This document shows positions 9,301 to 23,350 of a stretch of DNA of 64,000 bases, in pieces. Location of the stretch: NCBI RefSeq assembly GCF_964204645.1, contig NW_027437459.1, positions 1-64,000 of the forward strand. Direction: 5' to 3'. The notes beneath the pieces were generated by a model. That model saw only the letters and a list, made by a program, of their open reading frames with translations, was not told the origin of the DNA and did not search any database. The position numbers and the translations under genes were made by a program. This DNA is from Tubulanus polymorphus. Lineage: Eukaryota; Animalia; Nemertea. Within the stretch, counting starts at the first letter, position 1, and every line of letters starts with the position of its first letter.

Positions 9301-12300
9301 TAATTGATGGGTAAGGGTGTACTGAACTGATTTCAAATAGATAGGTTGAAAGAATCGGAATTTTCTGGCTGCTTTTGGTTCTGAAGATGATGGATTCAAT
9401 CTGAAAAGATGTGTTAAGGCGCATTGAACTGATTTCAAATAGATAGGTGGAAAGATTAAGAATTTTCTGGCTATTTATGCTCCTGAAGATGATGGACTCG
9501 ATCTGAAATGATAGGTTAAGGTAAACTGAACTGATTTCGAGCAGATGGACTGAAAGATACAGATTTTTCTTGCAAAATAGGGTCCTAAAGATGATGAATT
9601 CTATCTTAATTGATGGGTTAGGGTGAACTGAACTGATTTCAAATAGATAGGTTGAAAGAATCAGAATTTTCTGGCTGCTTTTGGTTCTGAAGATGATGGA
9701 TTCAATCTGAAAAGATGGGCTAAGGCGTATTGAACTTATTTCAAATAGATAGGTGGAAATATTAAGAATTTTCTGGCTGCTTTTGGTTCTGAAGATAATG
9801 GATTCAATCTGAAAAGATGTGTTAAGGCGTATTGAACTGATTTCAAATAGATAGGTGCAAAGATTAAGAATTTTCTAGCTATTTATGCTCCTGAAGATGA
9901 TTGACTCGATCTGAAATGATAGGTTAGGTAGACTGAACTGATTTCGAGTAGATGGACTGAAAGATACAGATTTTTCTTGCAAAATAGGGTCCTAAAGATG
10001 ATGAGTTCTATCTTAATTGATGGGTTAGGGTGTACTGAACTGATTTCATATAGATTGGTTGAAAGAATCAGAATTTTCTGGCTGCTTTTGGTTCTGAAGA
10101 TGATGGATTCAATCTGAAAAGATGTGTTAAGGCGTATTGAACTGATTTCAAATAGATAGGTGGAAAGATTAAGAATTTTCTGGCTATTTATGCTCCTGAA
10201 GATGATGGACTCATCTGAAATGATAGGTTAAGGTAAACTGAACTGATTTCGAGCAGATGGACTGAAAGATACAGATTTTTCTTGCAAAATAGGGTCCTAA
10301 AGATGATGAATTCTATCTTAATTGATGGGTTAGGGTGTACTGAACTGATTTCAAATAGATAGGTGGAAAGATTAAGAATTTTCTGGCTATTTATGCTCCT
10401 GAAGATGATGGACTCGATCTGAAATGATAGGTTAAGGTAAACTGAACTGATTTCGAGCAGATGGACTGAAAGATACAGATTTTTCTTGCAAAATAGGGTC
10501 CTAAAGATGATGAATTCTATCTTAATTGATGGGTTAGGGTGAACTGAACTGATTTCAAATAGATAGGTTGAAAGAATCAGAATTTTCTGGCTGCTTTTGG
10601 TTCTGAAGATGATGGATTCAATCTGAAAAGATGGGCTAAGGCGTATTGAACTTATTTCAAATAGATAGGTGGAAATATTAAGAATTTTCTGGCTGCTTTT
10701 GGTTCTGAAGATAATGGATTCAATCTGAAAAGATGTGTTAAGGCGTATTGAACTGATTTCAAATAGATAGGTGCAAAGATTAAGAATTTTCTAGCTATTT
10801 ATGCTCCTGAAGATGATTGACTCGATCTGAAATGATAGGTTAGGTAGACTGAACTGATTTCGAGTAGATGGACTGAAAGATACAGATTTTTCTTGCAAAA
10901 TAGGGTCCTAAAGATGATGAGTTCTATCTTAATTGATGGGTTAGGGTGTACTGAACTGATTTCATATAGATTGGTTGAAAGAATCAGAATTTTCTGGCTG
11001 CTTTTGGTTCTGAAGATGATGGATTCAATCTGAAAAGATGTGTTAAGGCGTATTGAACTGATTTCAAATAGATAGGTGGAAAGATTAAGAATTTTCTGGC
11101 TATTTATGCTCCTGAAGATGATGGACTCATCTGAAATGATAGGTTAAGGTAAACTGAACTGATTTCGAGCAGATGGACTGAAAGATACAGATTTTTCTTG
11201 CAAAATAGGGTCCTAAAGATGATGAATTCTATCTTAATTGATGGGTTAGGGTGAACTGAACTGATTTCAAATAGATAGGTTGAAAGAATCAGAATTTTCT
11301 GGCTGCCTTTGGTTCTGAAGATGATGGACTCAATCTGAAAAGATGGGCTAAGGCGAATTGAACTGATTTCAAATAGATAGGTGGAAAGATTAAGAATTTT
11401 CTGGCTATTTATGCTCCTGAAGATGATGGACTCGATCTGAAATGATAGGTTAAGGTAAACTGAACTGATTTCGAGCAGATGGACTGAAAGATACAGATTT
11501 TTTTTGCAAAATAGGGTCCTAAAGATGATGAATTCTATCTTAATTGATGGGTTAGGGTGAACTGAACTGATTTCAAATAGATAGGTGGAAAGAATCAGAA
11601 TTTTCTGGCTGCCTTTGGTTCTGAAGATGATGGACTCAATCTGAAAAGATGGGCTAAGGCGTATTGAACTGATTTCAAATAGATAGGTGGAAAGATTAAG
11701 AATTTTCTGGCTATTTATGCTCCTGAAGATGATGGACTCGATCTGAAATGATAGGTTAAGGTAGACTGAACTGATTCTGAATAGATGGACTGAAAGATAC
11801 AGATTTTTCTTGCAAAATAGGGTCCTAAAGATGATGAGTTCTATCTTAATTGATGGGTTAGGGTGTACTGAACTGATTTCAAATAGATAGGTTGAAAGAA
11901 TCAGAATTTTCTGGCTGCTTTTGGTTCTGAAGATGATGGATTCAATCTGAAAAGATGGGCTAAGGCGTATTGAACTGATTTCAAATAGATAGGTGGAAAG
12001 ATTAAGAATTTTCTGGCTATTTATGCTCCTGAAGATGATGGACTTGATCTGAAATGATAGGTTAAGGTAAACTGAACTGATTTCGAGTAGATGGACTGAA
12101 AGATACAGATTTTTCTTGCAAAACAGGGTCCTAAAGATGATGAATTCTATCTTAATTGATGGGTTAAGGCGTATTGAACTGATTTCAAATAGATAGGTGG
12201 AAAGAATCAGAATTTTCTGGCTGCCTTTGGTTCTGAAGATGATGGACTCAATCTGAAAAGATGGGCTAAGGCGTATTGAACTGATTTCAAATAGATAGGT

Positions 12301-15300
12301 GGAAAGATTAAGAATTTTCTGGCTATTTATGCTCCTGAAGATGATGGACTCGATCTGAAATGATAGGTTAAGGTAAACTGAACTGATTTCGAGTAGATGG
12401 ACTGAAAGATACAGATTTTTCTTGCAAAATAGGGTCTTAAAGATGATGAGTTCTATCTTAATTGATGGCTTAGGGTGTACTGAACTGATTTCAAATAGAT
12501 AGGTGGAAAGATTAAGAATTTTCTGGCTATTTATGCTCCTGAAGATGATGGACTCGATCTGAAATGATAGGTTAAGGTAAACTGAACTGATTTCGAGTAG
12601 ATGGACCGAAAGATACAGATTTTTCTTGCAAAATAGGGTACTAAAGATGATGAATTCTATCTTAATTGATGGGTTAGGGTGTACTGAACTGATTTCAAAT
12701 AGATAGGTTGAAAGAATCAGAATTTTCTGGCTGCTTTTGGTTCTGAAGATGATGGATTCAATCTGAAAAGATGTGTTAAGGCGTATTGAACTGATTTAAA
12801 ATAGATAGGTGGAAAGATTAAGAATTTTCTGGCTATTTATGCTCCTGAAGATGATGGACTCGATCTGAAATGATAGGTTAAGGTAAACTGAACTGATTTC
12901 GAGTAGATGGACTGAAAGATACAGATTTTTTCTTGCAAAATAGGGTCCTAAAGATGATGAGTTCTATCTTAATTGATGGGTTAGGGTGTACTGAACGGAT
13001 TTCAAATAGATAGGTTGAAAGATTAAGAATTTTCTGGCTATTTATGCTCCTGAAGATGATGGACTCGATCTGAAATGATAGGTTAAGGTAAACTGAACTG
13101 ATTTCGAGCAGATGGACTGAAAGATACAGATTTTTCTTGCAAAACAGGGTCCTAAAGATGATGAATTCTATCTTAATTGATGGGTTAAGGCGTATTGAAC
13201 TGATTTCAAATAGATAGGTGGAAAGAATCAGAATTTTCTGGCTGCCTTTGGTTCTGAAGATGATGGACTCAATCTGAAAAGATGGGCTAAGGCGTATTGA
13301 ACTGATTTCAAATAGATAGGTGGAAAGATTAAGAATTTTCTGGCTATTTATGCTCCTGAAGATGATGGACTCGATCTGAAATGATAGGTTAAGGTAAACT
13401 GAACTGATTTCGAGCAGATGGACTGAAAGATACAGATTTTTCTTGCAAAATAGGGTCCTAAAGATGATGAATTCTATCTTAATTGATGGGTTAGGGTGAA
13501 CTGAACTGATTTCAAATAGATAGGTGGAAAGATTAAGAATTTTCTGGTTATTTATGCTCCTGAAGATGATGGACTCGATCTGAAATGATAGGTTAAGGTA
13601 AACTGAACTGATTTCGAGTAGATGGACTGAAAGATACAGATTTTTCTTGCAAAACAGGGTCCTAAAGATGATGAATTCTATCTTAATTGATGGGTTAAGG
13701 CGTATTGAACTGATTTCAAATAGATAGGTGGAAAGAATCAGAATTTTCTGGCTGCCTTTGGTTCTGAAGATGATGGACTCAATCTGAAAAGATGGGCTAA
13801 GGCGTATTGAACTGATTTCAAATAGATAGGTGGAAAGATTAAGAATTTTCTGGCTATTTATGCTCCTGAAGATGATGGACTCGATCTGAAATGATAGGTT
13901 AAGGTAAACTGAACTGATTTCGAGTAGATGGACTGAAAGATACAAATTTTTCTTGCAAAATAGGGTCCAAAAGATGATGAATTCTATCTTAATTGATGGG
14001 TTAGGGTGTACTGAACTGATTTCAAATAGATAGGTTGAAAGAATCATAATTTTCAGGCTGCTTTTGGTTCTGAAGATGATGGATTCAATCTGAAAAGATG
14101 TGTTAAGGCGTATTGAACTGATTTCAAATAGATAGGTGGAAAGATTAAGAATTTTCTGGCTATTTATGCTCCTGAAGATGATGGACTCGATCTGAAATGA
14201 TAGGTTAAGGTAGACTGAACTGATTCTGAATAGATGGACTGAAAGATACAGATTTTTCTTGCAAAATAGGGTCCTAAAGATGATGAGTTCTATCTTAATT
14301 GATGGCTTAGGGTGTACTGAACTGATTTCAAATAGATAGGTGGAAAGATTAAGAATTTTCTGGCTATTTATGCTCCTGAAGATGATGGACTCGATCTGAA
14401 ATGATAGGTTAAGGTAAACTGAACTGATTTCGAGTAGATGGACTGAAAGATACAGATTTTTCTTGCAAAATAGGGTCCTAAAGATGATGAATTCTATCTT
14501 AATTGATGGGTTAGGGTGTACTGAACTGATTTCAAATAGATAGGTTGAAAGAATCAGAATTTTCTGGCTGCTTTTGGTTCTGAAGATGATGGATTCAATC
14601 TGAAAAGATGTGTTAAGGCGTATTGAACTGATTTAAAATAGATAGGTGGAAAGATTAAGAATTTTCTGGCTATTTATGCTCCTGAAGATGATGGACTCGA
14701 TCTGAAATGATAGGTTAAGGTAAACTGAACTGATTTCGAGTAGATGGACTGAAAGATACAGATTTTTTCTTGCAAAATAGGGTCCTAAAGATGATGAGTT
14801 CTATCTTAATTGATGGGTTAGGGTGTACTGAACTGATTTCAAATAGATAGGTTGAAAGATTAAGAATTTTCTGGCTATTTATGCTCCTGAAGATGATGGA
14901 CTCGATCTGAAATGATAGGTTAAGGTAAACTGAACTGATTTCGAGTAGATGGACTGAAAGATACAGATCTTTCTTGCAAAATAGGGTCCTAAAGATGATG
15001 AATTCTATCTTAATTGATGGGTTAGGGTGAACTGAACTGATTTCAAATAGATAGGTGGAAAGAATCAGAATTTTCTGGCTGCCTTTGGTTCTGAAGATGA
15101 TGGACTCAATCTGAAAAGATGGGCTAAGGCGTATTGAACTGATTTCAAATAGATAGGTGGAAAGATTAAGAATTTTCTGGCTATTTATGCTCCTGAGGAT
15201 GATGCACTCGATCTGAAATGATAGGTTAAGGTAGACTGAACTGATTTCGAGTAGATGGACTGAAAGATACAGATTTTTCTTGCAAAATAGGGTCCTAAAG

Positions 15301-16353
15301 ATGATGAATTCTATCTTAATTGATGGGTAAGGGTGTACTGAACTGATTTCAAATAGATAGGTTGAAAGAATCGGAATTTTCTGGCTGCTTTTGGTTCTGA
15401 AGATGATGGATTCAATCTGAAAAGATGTGTTAAGGCGCATTGAACTGATTTCAAATAGATAGGTGGAAAGATTAAGAATTTTCTGGCTATTTATGCTCCT
15501 GAAGATGATGGACTCGATCTGAAATGATAGGTTAAGGTAAACTGAACTGATTTCGAGCAGATGGACTGAAAGATACAGATTTTTCTTGCAAAATAGGGTC
15601 CTAAAGATGATGAATTCTATCTTAATTGATGGGTTAGGGTGAACTGAACTGATTTCAAATAGATAGGTTGAAAGAATCAGAATTTTCTGGCTGCTTTTGG
15701 TTCTGAAGATGATGGATTCAATCTGAAAAGATGGGCTAAGGCGTATTGAACTTATTTCAAATAGATAGGTGGAAATATTAAGAATTTTCTGGCTGCTTTT
15801 GGTTCTGAAGATAATGGATTCAATCTGAAAAGATGTGTTAAGGCGTATTGAACTGATTTCAAATAGATAGGTGCAAAGATTAAGAATTTTCTAGCTATTT
15901 ATGCTCCTGAAGATGATTGACTCGATCTGAAATGATAGGTTAGGTAGACTGAACTGATTTCGAGTAGATGGACTGAAAGATACAGATTTTTCTTGCAAAA
16001 TAGGGTCCTAAAGATGATGAGTTCTATCTTAATTGATGGGTTAGGGTGTACTGAACTGATTTCATATAGATTGGTTGAAAGAATCAGAATTTTCTGGCTG
16101 CTTTTGGTTCTGAAGATGATGGATTCAATCTGAAAAGATGTGTTAAGGCGTATTGAACTGATTTCAAATAGATAGGTGGAAAGATTAAGAATTTTCTGGC
16201 TATTTATGCTCCTGAAGATGATGGACTCATCTGAAATGATAGGTTAAGGTAAACTGAACTGATTTCGAGCAGATGGACTGAAAGATACAGATTTTTCTTG
16301 CAAAATAGGGTCCTAAAGATGATGAATTCTATCTTAATTGATGGGTTAGGGTG
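6378..16353 (+). repeat. Duplication with 6016-bp offset (6378-10337 vs 12394-16353)
   Basis: Shared rare markers: ggtcTt at 6421/12437, atcaTaat at 8031/14047 and ctgaGgat at 9181/15197. The identical ORF pairs 6862/12878 and 8699/14715 have the same offset. Confidence 0.88.
9426..11253 (+). repeat. 916-bp (9-monomer) tandem duplication containing the AABC variant
   Basis: The chimeric monomer starts at 9732 and 10648; gactc-atct is at ~10212 and ~11128. 916 = 9x102 - 2. Confidence 0.88.
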
Positions 16354-19300
16354 AACTGAACTGATTTCAAATAGATAGGTGGAAAGAATCAGAATTTTCT
16401 GGCTGCCTTTGGTTCTGAAGATGATGGACTCAATCTGAAAAGATGGGCTAAGGCGAATTGAACTGATTTCAAATAGATAGGTGGAAAGATTAAGAATTTT
16501 CTGGCTATTTATGCTCCTGAAGATGATGGACTCGATCTGAAATGATAGGTTAAGGTAGACTGAACTGATTCTGAATAGATGGACTGAAAGATACAGATTT
16601 TTCTTGCAAAATAGGGTCCTAAAGATGATGAGTTCTATCTTAATTGATGGTTTAGGGTGTACTGAACTGATTTCAAATAGATAGGTTGAAAGAATCAGAA
16701 TTTTCTGGCTGCTTTTGGTTCTGAAGATGATGGATTCAATCTGAAAAGATGGGCTAAGGCGTATTGAACTGATTTCAAATAGATAGGTGGAAAGATTAAG
16801 AATTTTCTGGCTATTTATGCTCCTGAAGATGATGGACTTGATCTGAAATGATAGGTTAAGGTAAACTGAACTGATTTCGAGTAGATGGACTGAAAGATAC
16901 AGATTTTTCTTGCAAAACAGGGTCCTAAAGATGATGAATTCTATCTTAATTGATGGGTTAAGGCGTATTGAACTGATTTCAAATAGATAGGTGGAAAGAA
17001 TCAGAATTTTCTGGCTGCCTTTGGTTCTGAAGATGATGGACTCAATCTGAAAAGATGGGCTAAGGCGTATTGAACTGATTTCAAATAGATAGGTGGAAAG
17101 ATTAAGAATTTTCTGGCTATTTATGCTCCTGAAGATGATGGACTCGATCTGAAATGATAGGTTAAGGTAAACTGAACTGATTTCGAGTAGATGGACTGAA
17201 AGATACAAATTTTTCTTGCAAAATAGGGTCCAAAAGATGATGAATTCTATCTTAATTGATGGGTTAGGGTGTACTGAACTGATTTCAAATAGATAGGTTG
17301 AAAGAATCAGAATTTTCTGGCTGCTTTTGGTTCTGAAGATGATGGATTCAATCTGAAAAGATGTGTTAAGGCGTATTGAACTGATTTCAAATAGATAGGT
17401 GGAAAGATTAAGAATTTTCTGGCTATTTATGCTCCTGAAGATGATGGACTCGATCTGAAATGATAGGTTAAGGTGGACTGAACTGATTCTGAATAGATGG
17501 ACTGAAAGATACAGATTTTTCTTGCAAAATAGGGTCCTAAAGATGATGAGTTCTATCTTAATTGATGGCTTAGGGTGTACTGAACTGATTTCAAATAGAT
17601 AGGTGGAAAGATTAAGAATTTTCTGGCTATTTATGCTCCTGAAGATGATGGACTCGATCTGAAATGATAGGTTAAGGTAAACTGAACTGATTTCGAGTAG
17701 ATGGACTGAAAGATACAGATTTTTCTTGCAAAATAGGGTACTAAAGATGATGAATTCTATCTTAATTGATGGGTTAGGGTGTACTGAACTGATTTCAAAT
17801 AGATAGGTGGAAAGAATCAGAATTTTCTGGCTGCTTTTGGTTCTGAAGATGATGGATTCAATCTGAAAAGATGTGTTAAGGCGTATTGAACTGATTTAAA
17901 ATAGATAGGTGGAAAGATTAAGAATTTTCTGGCTATTTATGCTCCTGAAGATGATGGACTCGATCTGAAATGATAGGTTAAGGTAAACTGAACTGATTTC
18001 GAGTAGATGGACTGAAAGATACAGATTTTTTCTTGCAAAATAGGGTCCTAAAGATGATGAGTTCTATCTTAATTGATGGGTTAGGGTGTACTGAACGGAT
18101 TTCAAATAGATAGGTTGAAAGATTAAGAATTTTCTGGCTATTTATGCTCCTGAAGATGATGGACTCGATCTGAAATGATAGGTTAAGGTAAACTGAACTG
18201 ATTTCGAGCAGATGGACTGAAAGATACAGATTTTTCTTGCAAAACAGGGTCCTAAAGATGATGACTTCTATCTTAATTGATGGGTTAAGGCGTATTGAAC
18301 TGATTTCAAATAGATAGGTGGAAAGAATCAGAATTTTCTGGCTGCCTTTGGTTCTGAAGATGATGGACTCAATCTGAAAAGATGGGCTAAGGCGTATTGA
18401 ACTGATTTCAAATAGATAGGTGGAAAGATTAAGAATTTTCTGGCTATTTATGCTCCTGAAGATGATGGACTCGATCTGAAATGATAGGTTAAGGTAAACT
18501 GAACTGATTTCGAGTAGATGGACTGAAAGATACAAATTTTTCTTGCAAAATAGGGTCCAAAAGATGATGAATTCTATCTTAATTGATGGGTTAGGGTGTA
18601 CTGAACTGATTTCAAATAGATAGGTTGAAAGAATCAGAATTTTCGGGCTGCTTTTGGTTCTGAAGATGATGGATTCAATCTGAAAAGATGTGTTAAGGCG
18701 TATTGAACTGATTTCAAATAGATAGGTGGAAAGATTAAGAATTTTCTGGCTATTTATGCTCCTGAAGATGATGGACTCGATCTGAAATGATAGGTTAAGG
18801 TAGACTGAACTGATTCTGAATAGATGGACTGAAAGATACAGATTTTTCTTGCAAAATAGGGTCCTAAAGATGATGAGTTCTATCTTAATTGATGGCTTAG
18901 GGTGTACTGAACTGATTTCAAATAGATAGGTGGAAAGATTAAGAATTTTCTGGCTATTTATGCTCCTGAAGATGATGGACTCGATCTGAAATGATAGGTT
19001 AAGGTAAACTGAACTGATTTCGAGTAGATGGACTGAAAGATACAGATTTTTCTTGCAAAATAGGGTCCTAAAGATGATGAATTCTATCTTAATTGATGGG
19101 TTAGGGTGTACTGAACTGATTTCAAATAGATAGGTTGAAAGAATCAGAATTTTCTGGCTGCTTTTGGTTCTGAAGATGATGGATTCAATCTGAAAAGATG
19201 TGTTAAGGCGTATTGAACTGATTTAAAATAGATAGGTGGAAAGATTAAGAATTTTCTGGCTATTTATGCTCCTGAAGATGATGGACTCGATCTGAAATGA

Positions 19301-22300
19301 TAGGTTAAGGTAAACTGAACTGATTTCGAGTAGATGGACTGAAAGATACAGATTTTTTCTTGCAAAATAGGGTCCTAAAGATGATGAGTTCTATCTTAAT
19401 TGATGGGTTAGGGTGTACTGAACTGATTTCAAATAGATAGGTTGAAAGATTAAGAATTTTCTGGCTATTTATGCTCCTGAAGATGATGGACTCGATCTGA
19501 AATGATAGGTTAAGGTAAACTGAACTGATTTCGAGTAGATGGACTGATAGATACAGATCTTTCTTGCAAAATAGGGTCCTAAAGATGATGAATTCTATCT
19601 TAATTGATGGGTTAGGGTGAACTGAACTGATTTCAAATAGATAGGTGGAAAGAATCAGAATTTTCTGGCTGCCTTTGGTTCTGAAGATGATGGACTCAAT
19701 CTGAAAAGATGGGCTAAGGCGTATTGAACTGATTTCAAATAGATAGGTGGAAAGATTAAGAATTTTCTGGCTATTTATGCTCCTGAGGATGATGCACTCG
19801 ATCTGAAATGATAGGTTAAGGTAGACTGAACTGATTTCGAGTAGATGGACTGAAAGATACAGATTTTTCTTGCAAAATAGGGTCCTAAAGATGATGAATT
19901 CTATCTTAATTGATGGGTAAGGGTGTACTGAACTGATTTCAAATAGATAGGTTGAAAGAATCGGAATTTTCTGGCTGCTTTTGGTTCTGAAGATGATGGA
20001 TTCAATCTGAAAAGATGTGTTAAGGCGCATTGAACTGATTTCAAATAGATAGGTGGAAAGATTAAGAATTTTCTGGCTATTTATGCTCCTGAAGATGATG
20101 GACTCGATCTGAAATGATAGGTTAAGGTAAACTGAACTGATTTCGAGTTGATGGACTGAAAGATACAGATTTTTCTTGCAAAATAGGGTCCTAAAGATGA
20201 TGAATTCTATCTTAATTGATGGGTTAGGGTGTACTGAACTGATTTCAAATAGATAGGTGGAAAGATTAAGAATTTTCTGGCTATTTATGCTCCTGAAGAT
20301 GATGGACTCGATCTGAAATGATAGGTTAAGGTAAACTGAACTGATTTCGAGCAGATGGACTGAAAGATACAGATTTTTCTTGCAAAATAGGGTCCTAAGG
20401 ATGATGAATTCTATCTTAATTGATGGGTTAGGGTGAACTGAACTGATTTCAAATAGATAGGTGGAAAGAATCAGAATTTTCTGGCTGCCTTTGGTTCTGA
20501 AGATGATGGACTCAATCTGAAAAGATGGGCTAAGGCGTATTGAACTGATTTCAAATAGATAGGTGGAAAGATTAAGAATTTTCTGGCTATTTATGCTCCT
20601 GAAGATGATGGACTCGATCTGAAATGATAGGTTAAGGTAAACTGAACTGATTTCGAGCAGATGGACTGAGAGATACAGATTTTTGTTGCAAAATAGGGTC
20701 CTAAAGATGATGAATTCTATCTTAATTGATGGGTTAGGGTGAACTGAACTGATTTCAAATAGATAGGTGGAAAGAATCAGAATTTTGTGGCTGCCTTTGG
20801 TTCTGAAGATGATGGACTCAATCTGAAAAGATGGGCTAAGGCGTATTGAACTGATTTCAAATAGATAGGTGTAAAGATTAAGAATTTTCTGGCTATTTAT
20901 GCTCCTGAAGATGATGGACTCGATCTGAAATGATAGGTTAAGGTAAACTGAACTGATTTCGAGTAGATGGACTGAAAGATACAGATTTTTCTTGCAAAAT
21001 AGGGTCCTAAAGATGATGAATTCTATCTTAATTGATGGGTTAGGGTGTACTGAACTGATTTCAAATAGATAGGTTGAAAGAATCAGAATTTTCTGGCTGC
21101 TTTTGGTTCTGAAGATGATGGATTCAATCTGAAAAGATGTGTTAAGGCGTATTGAACTGATTTAAAATAGATAGGTGGAAAGATTAAGAATTTTCTGGCT
21201 ATTTATGCTCCTGAAGATGATGGACTCGATCTGAAATGATAGGTTAAGGTTGACTGAACTGATTCTGAATAGATGGACTGAAAGATACAGATTTTTCTTG
21301 CAAAATAGGGTCCTAAAGATGATGAGTTCTATCTTAATTGATGGGTTAGGGTGTACTGAACTGATTTCAAATAGATAGGTGGAAAGATTAAGAATTTTCT
21401 GTCTATTTATGCTCCTGAAGATGATGGACTCGATCTGAAATGATAGGTTAAGGTAAACTGAACTGATTTCGAGTAGATGGACTGAAAGATACAGATTTTT
21501 CTTGCAAAATAGGGTCCTAAAGATGATGAATTCTATCTTAATTGATGGGTTAGGGTGTACTGAACTGATTTCAAATAGATAGGTGGAAAGATTAAGAATT
21601 TTCTGGCTATTTATGCTCCTGAAGATGATGGACTCGATCTGAAATGATAGGTTAAGGTAAACTGAACTTATTTCGAGTAGATGGACTGAAAGATACAGAT
21701 TTTTCTTGCAAAATAGGGTCCTAAAGATGATGAATTCTATCTTAATTGATGGGTTAGGGTGTACTGAACTGATTTCAAATAGATAGGTTGAAAGAATCAG
21801 AATTTTCTGGCTGCTTTTGGTTCTGAAGATGATGGATTCAATCTGAAAAGATGTGTTATGGCGTATTGAACTGATTTCAAATAGATAGGTGGAAAGATTA
21901 AGAATTTTCTGGCTATTTATGCTCCTGAAGATGATTGACTCGATCTGAAATGATAGGTTAGGTAGACTGAACTGATTTCGAGTAGATGGACTGAAAGATA
22001 CAGATTTTTCTTGCAAAATAGGGTCCTAAAGATGATGAGTTCTATCTTAATTGATGGGTTAGGGTGTACTGAACTGATTTCAAATAGATAGGTGGAAAGA
22101 TTAAGAATTTTCTGGTTATTTATGCTCCTGAAGATGATGGACTCGATCTGAAATGATAGGTTAAGGTAAACTGAACTGATTTCGAGTAGATGGACTGAAA
22201 GATACAGATTTTTCTTGCAAAACAGGGTCCTAAAGATGATGAATTCTATCTTGATTGATGGGTTAAGGCGTATTGAACTGATTTCAAATAGATAGGTGGA

Positions 22301-23350
22301 AAGAATCTGGATTTTCTGGCTGCCTTTGGTTCTGAAGATGATGGACTCAATCTGAAAAGATGGGCTAATGCGTATTGAACTGATTTCAAATAGATAGGTG
22401 GAAAGATTAAGAATTTTCTGGCTATTTATGCTCCTGAAGATGATGGACTCGATCTGAAATGATAGGTTAAGGTAAACTGAACTGATTTCGAGTAGATGGA
22501 CTGAAAGATACAAATTTTTCTTGCAAAATAGGGTCCAAAAGATGATGAATTCTATCTTAATTGATGGGTTAGGGTGTACTGAACTGATTTCAAATAGATA
22601 GGTTGAAAGAATCAGAATTTTCGGGCTGCTTTTGGTTCTGAAGATGATGGATTCAATCTGAAAAGATGTGTTAAGGCGTATTGAACTGATTTCAAATAGA
22701 TAGGTGGAAAGATTAAGAATTTTCTGGCTATTTATGCTCCTGAAGATGATGGACTCGATCTGAAATGATAGGTTAAGGTAGACTGAACTGATTCTGAATA
22801 GATGGACTGAAAGATACAGATTTTTCTTGCAAAATAGGGTCCTAAAGATGATGAGTTCTATCTTAATTGATTGGTTAGGGTGTACTGAACTGATTTCAAA
22901 TAGATAGGTGGAAAGATTAAGAATTTTCTGGCTATTTATGCTCCTGAAGATGATGGACTCGATCTGAAATGATAGGTTAAGGTAAACTGAACTGATTTCG
23001 AGTAGATGGACTGAAAGATACAGATTTTTCTTGCAAAATAGGGTCCTAAAGATGATGAATTCTATCTTAATTGATGGGTTAGGGTGTACTGAACTGATTT
23101 CAAATAGATAGGTTGAAAGAATCAGAATTTTCTGGCTGCTTTTGGTTCTGAAGATGATGGATTCAATCTGAAAAGATGTGTTAAGGCGTATTGAACTGAT
23201 TTAAAATAGATAGGTGGAAAGATTAAGAATTTTCTGGCTATTTATGCTCCTGAAGATGATGGACTCGATCTGAAATGATAGGTTAAGGTAAACTGAACTG
23301 ATTTCGAGTAGATGGACTTAAAGATACAGATTTTTCTTGCAAAATAGGGT
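14700..23350 (+). repeat. ~9-kb segment homologous to ~33800-42750 (offset 19073-19583, changing in steps of 204/306)
   Basis: Markers seen only in this pair: gactgaTag 19548/39131, gactgaGag 20670/40049, ttttGtgg 20787/40166 and aatcTgGatt 22308/41687. Confidence 0.85.
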
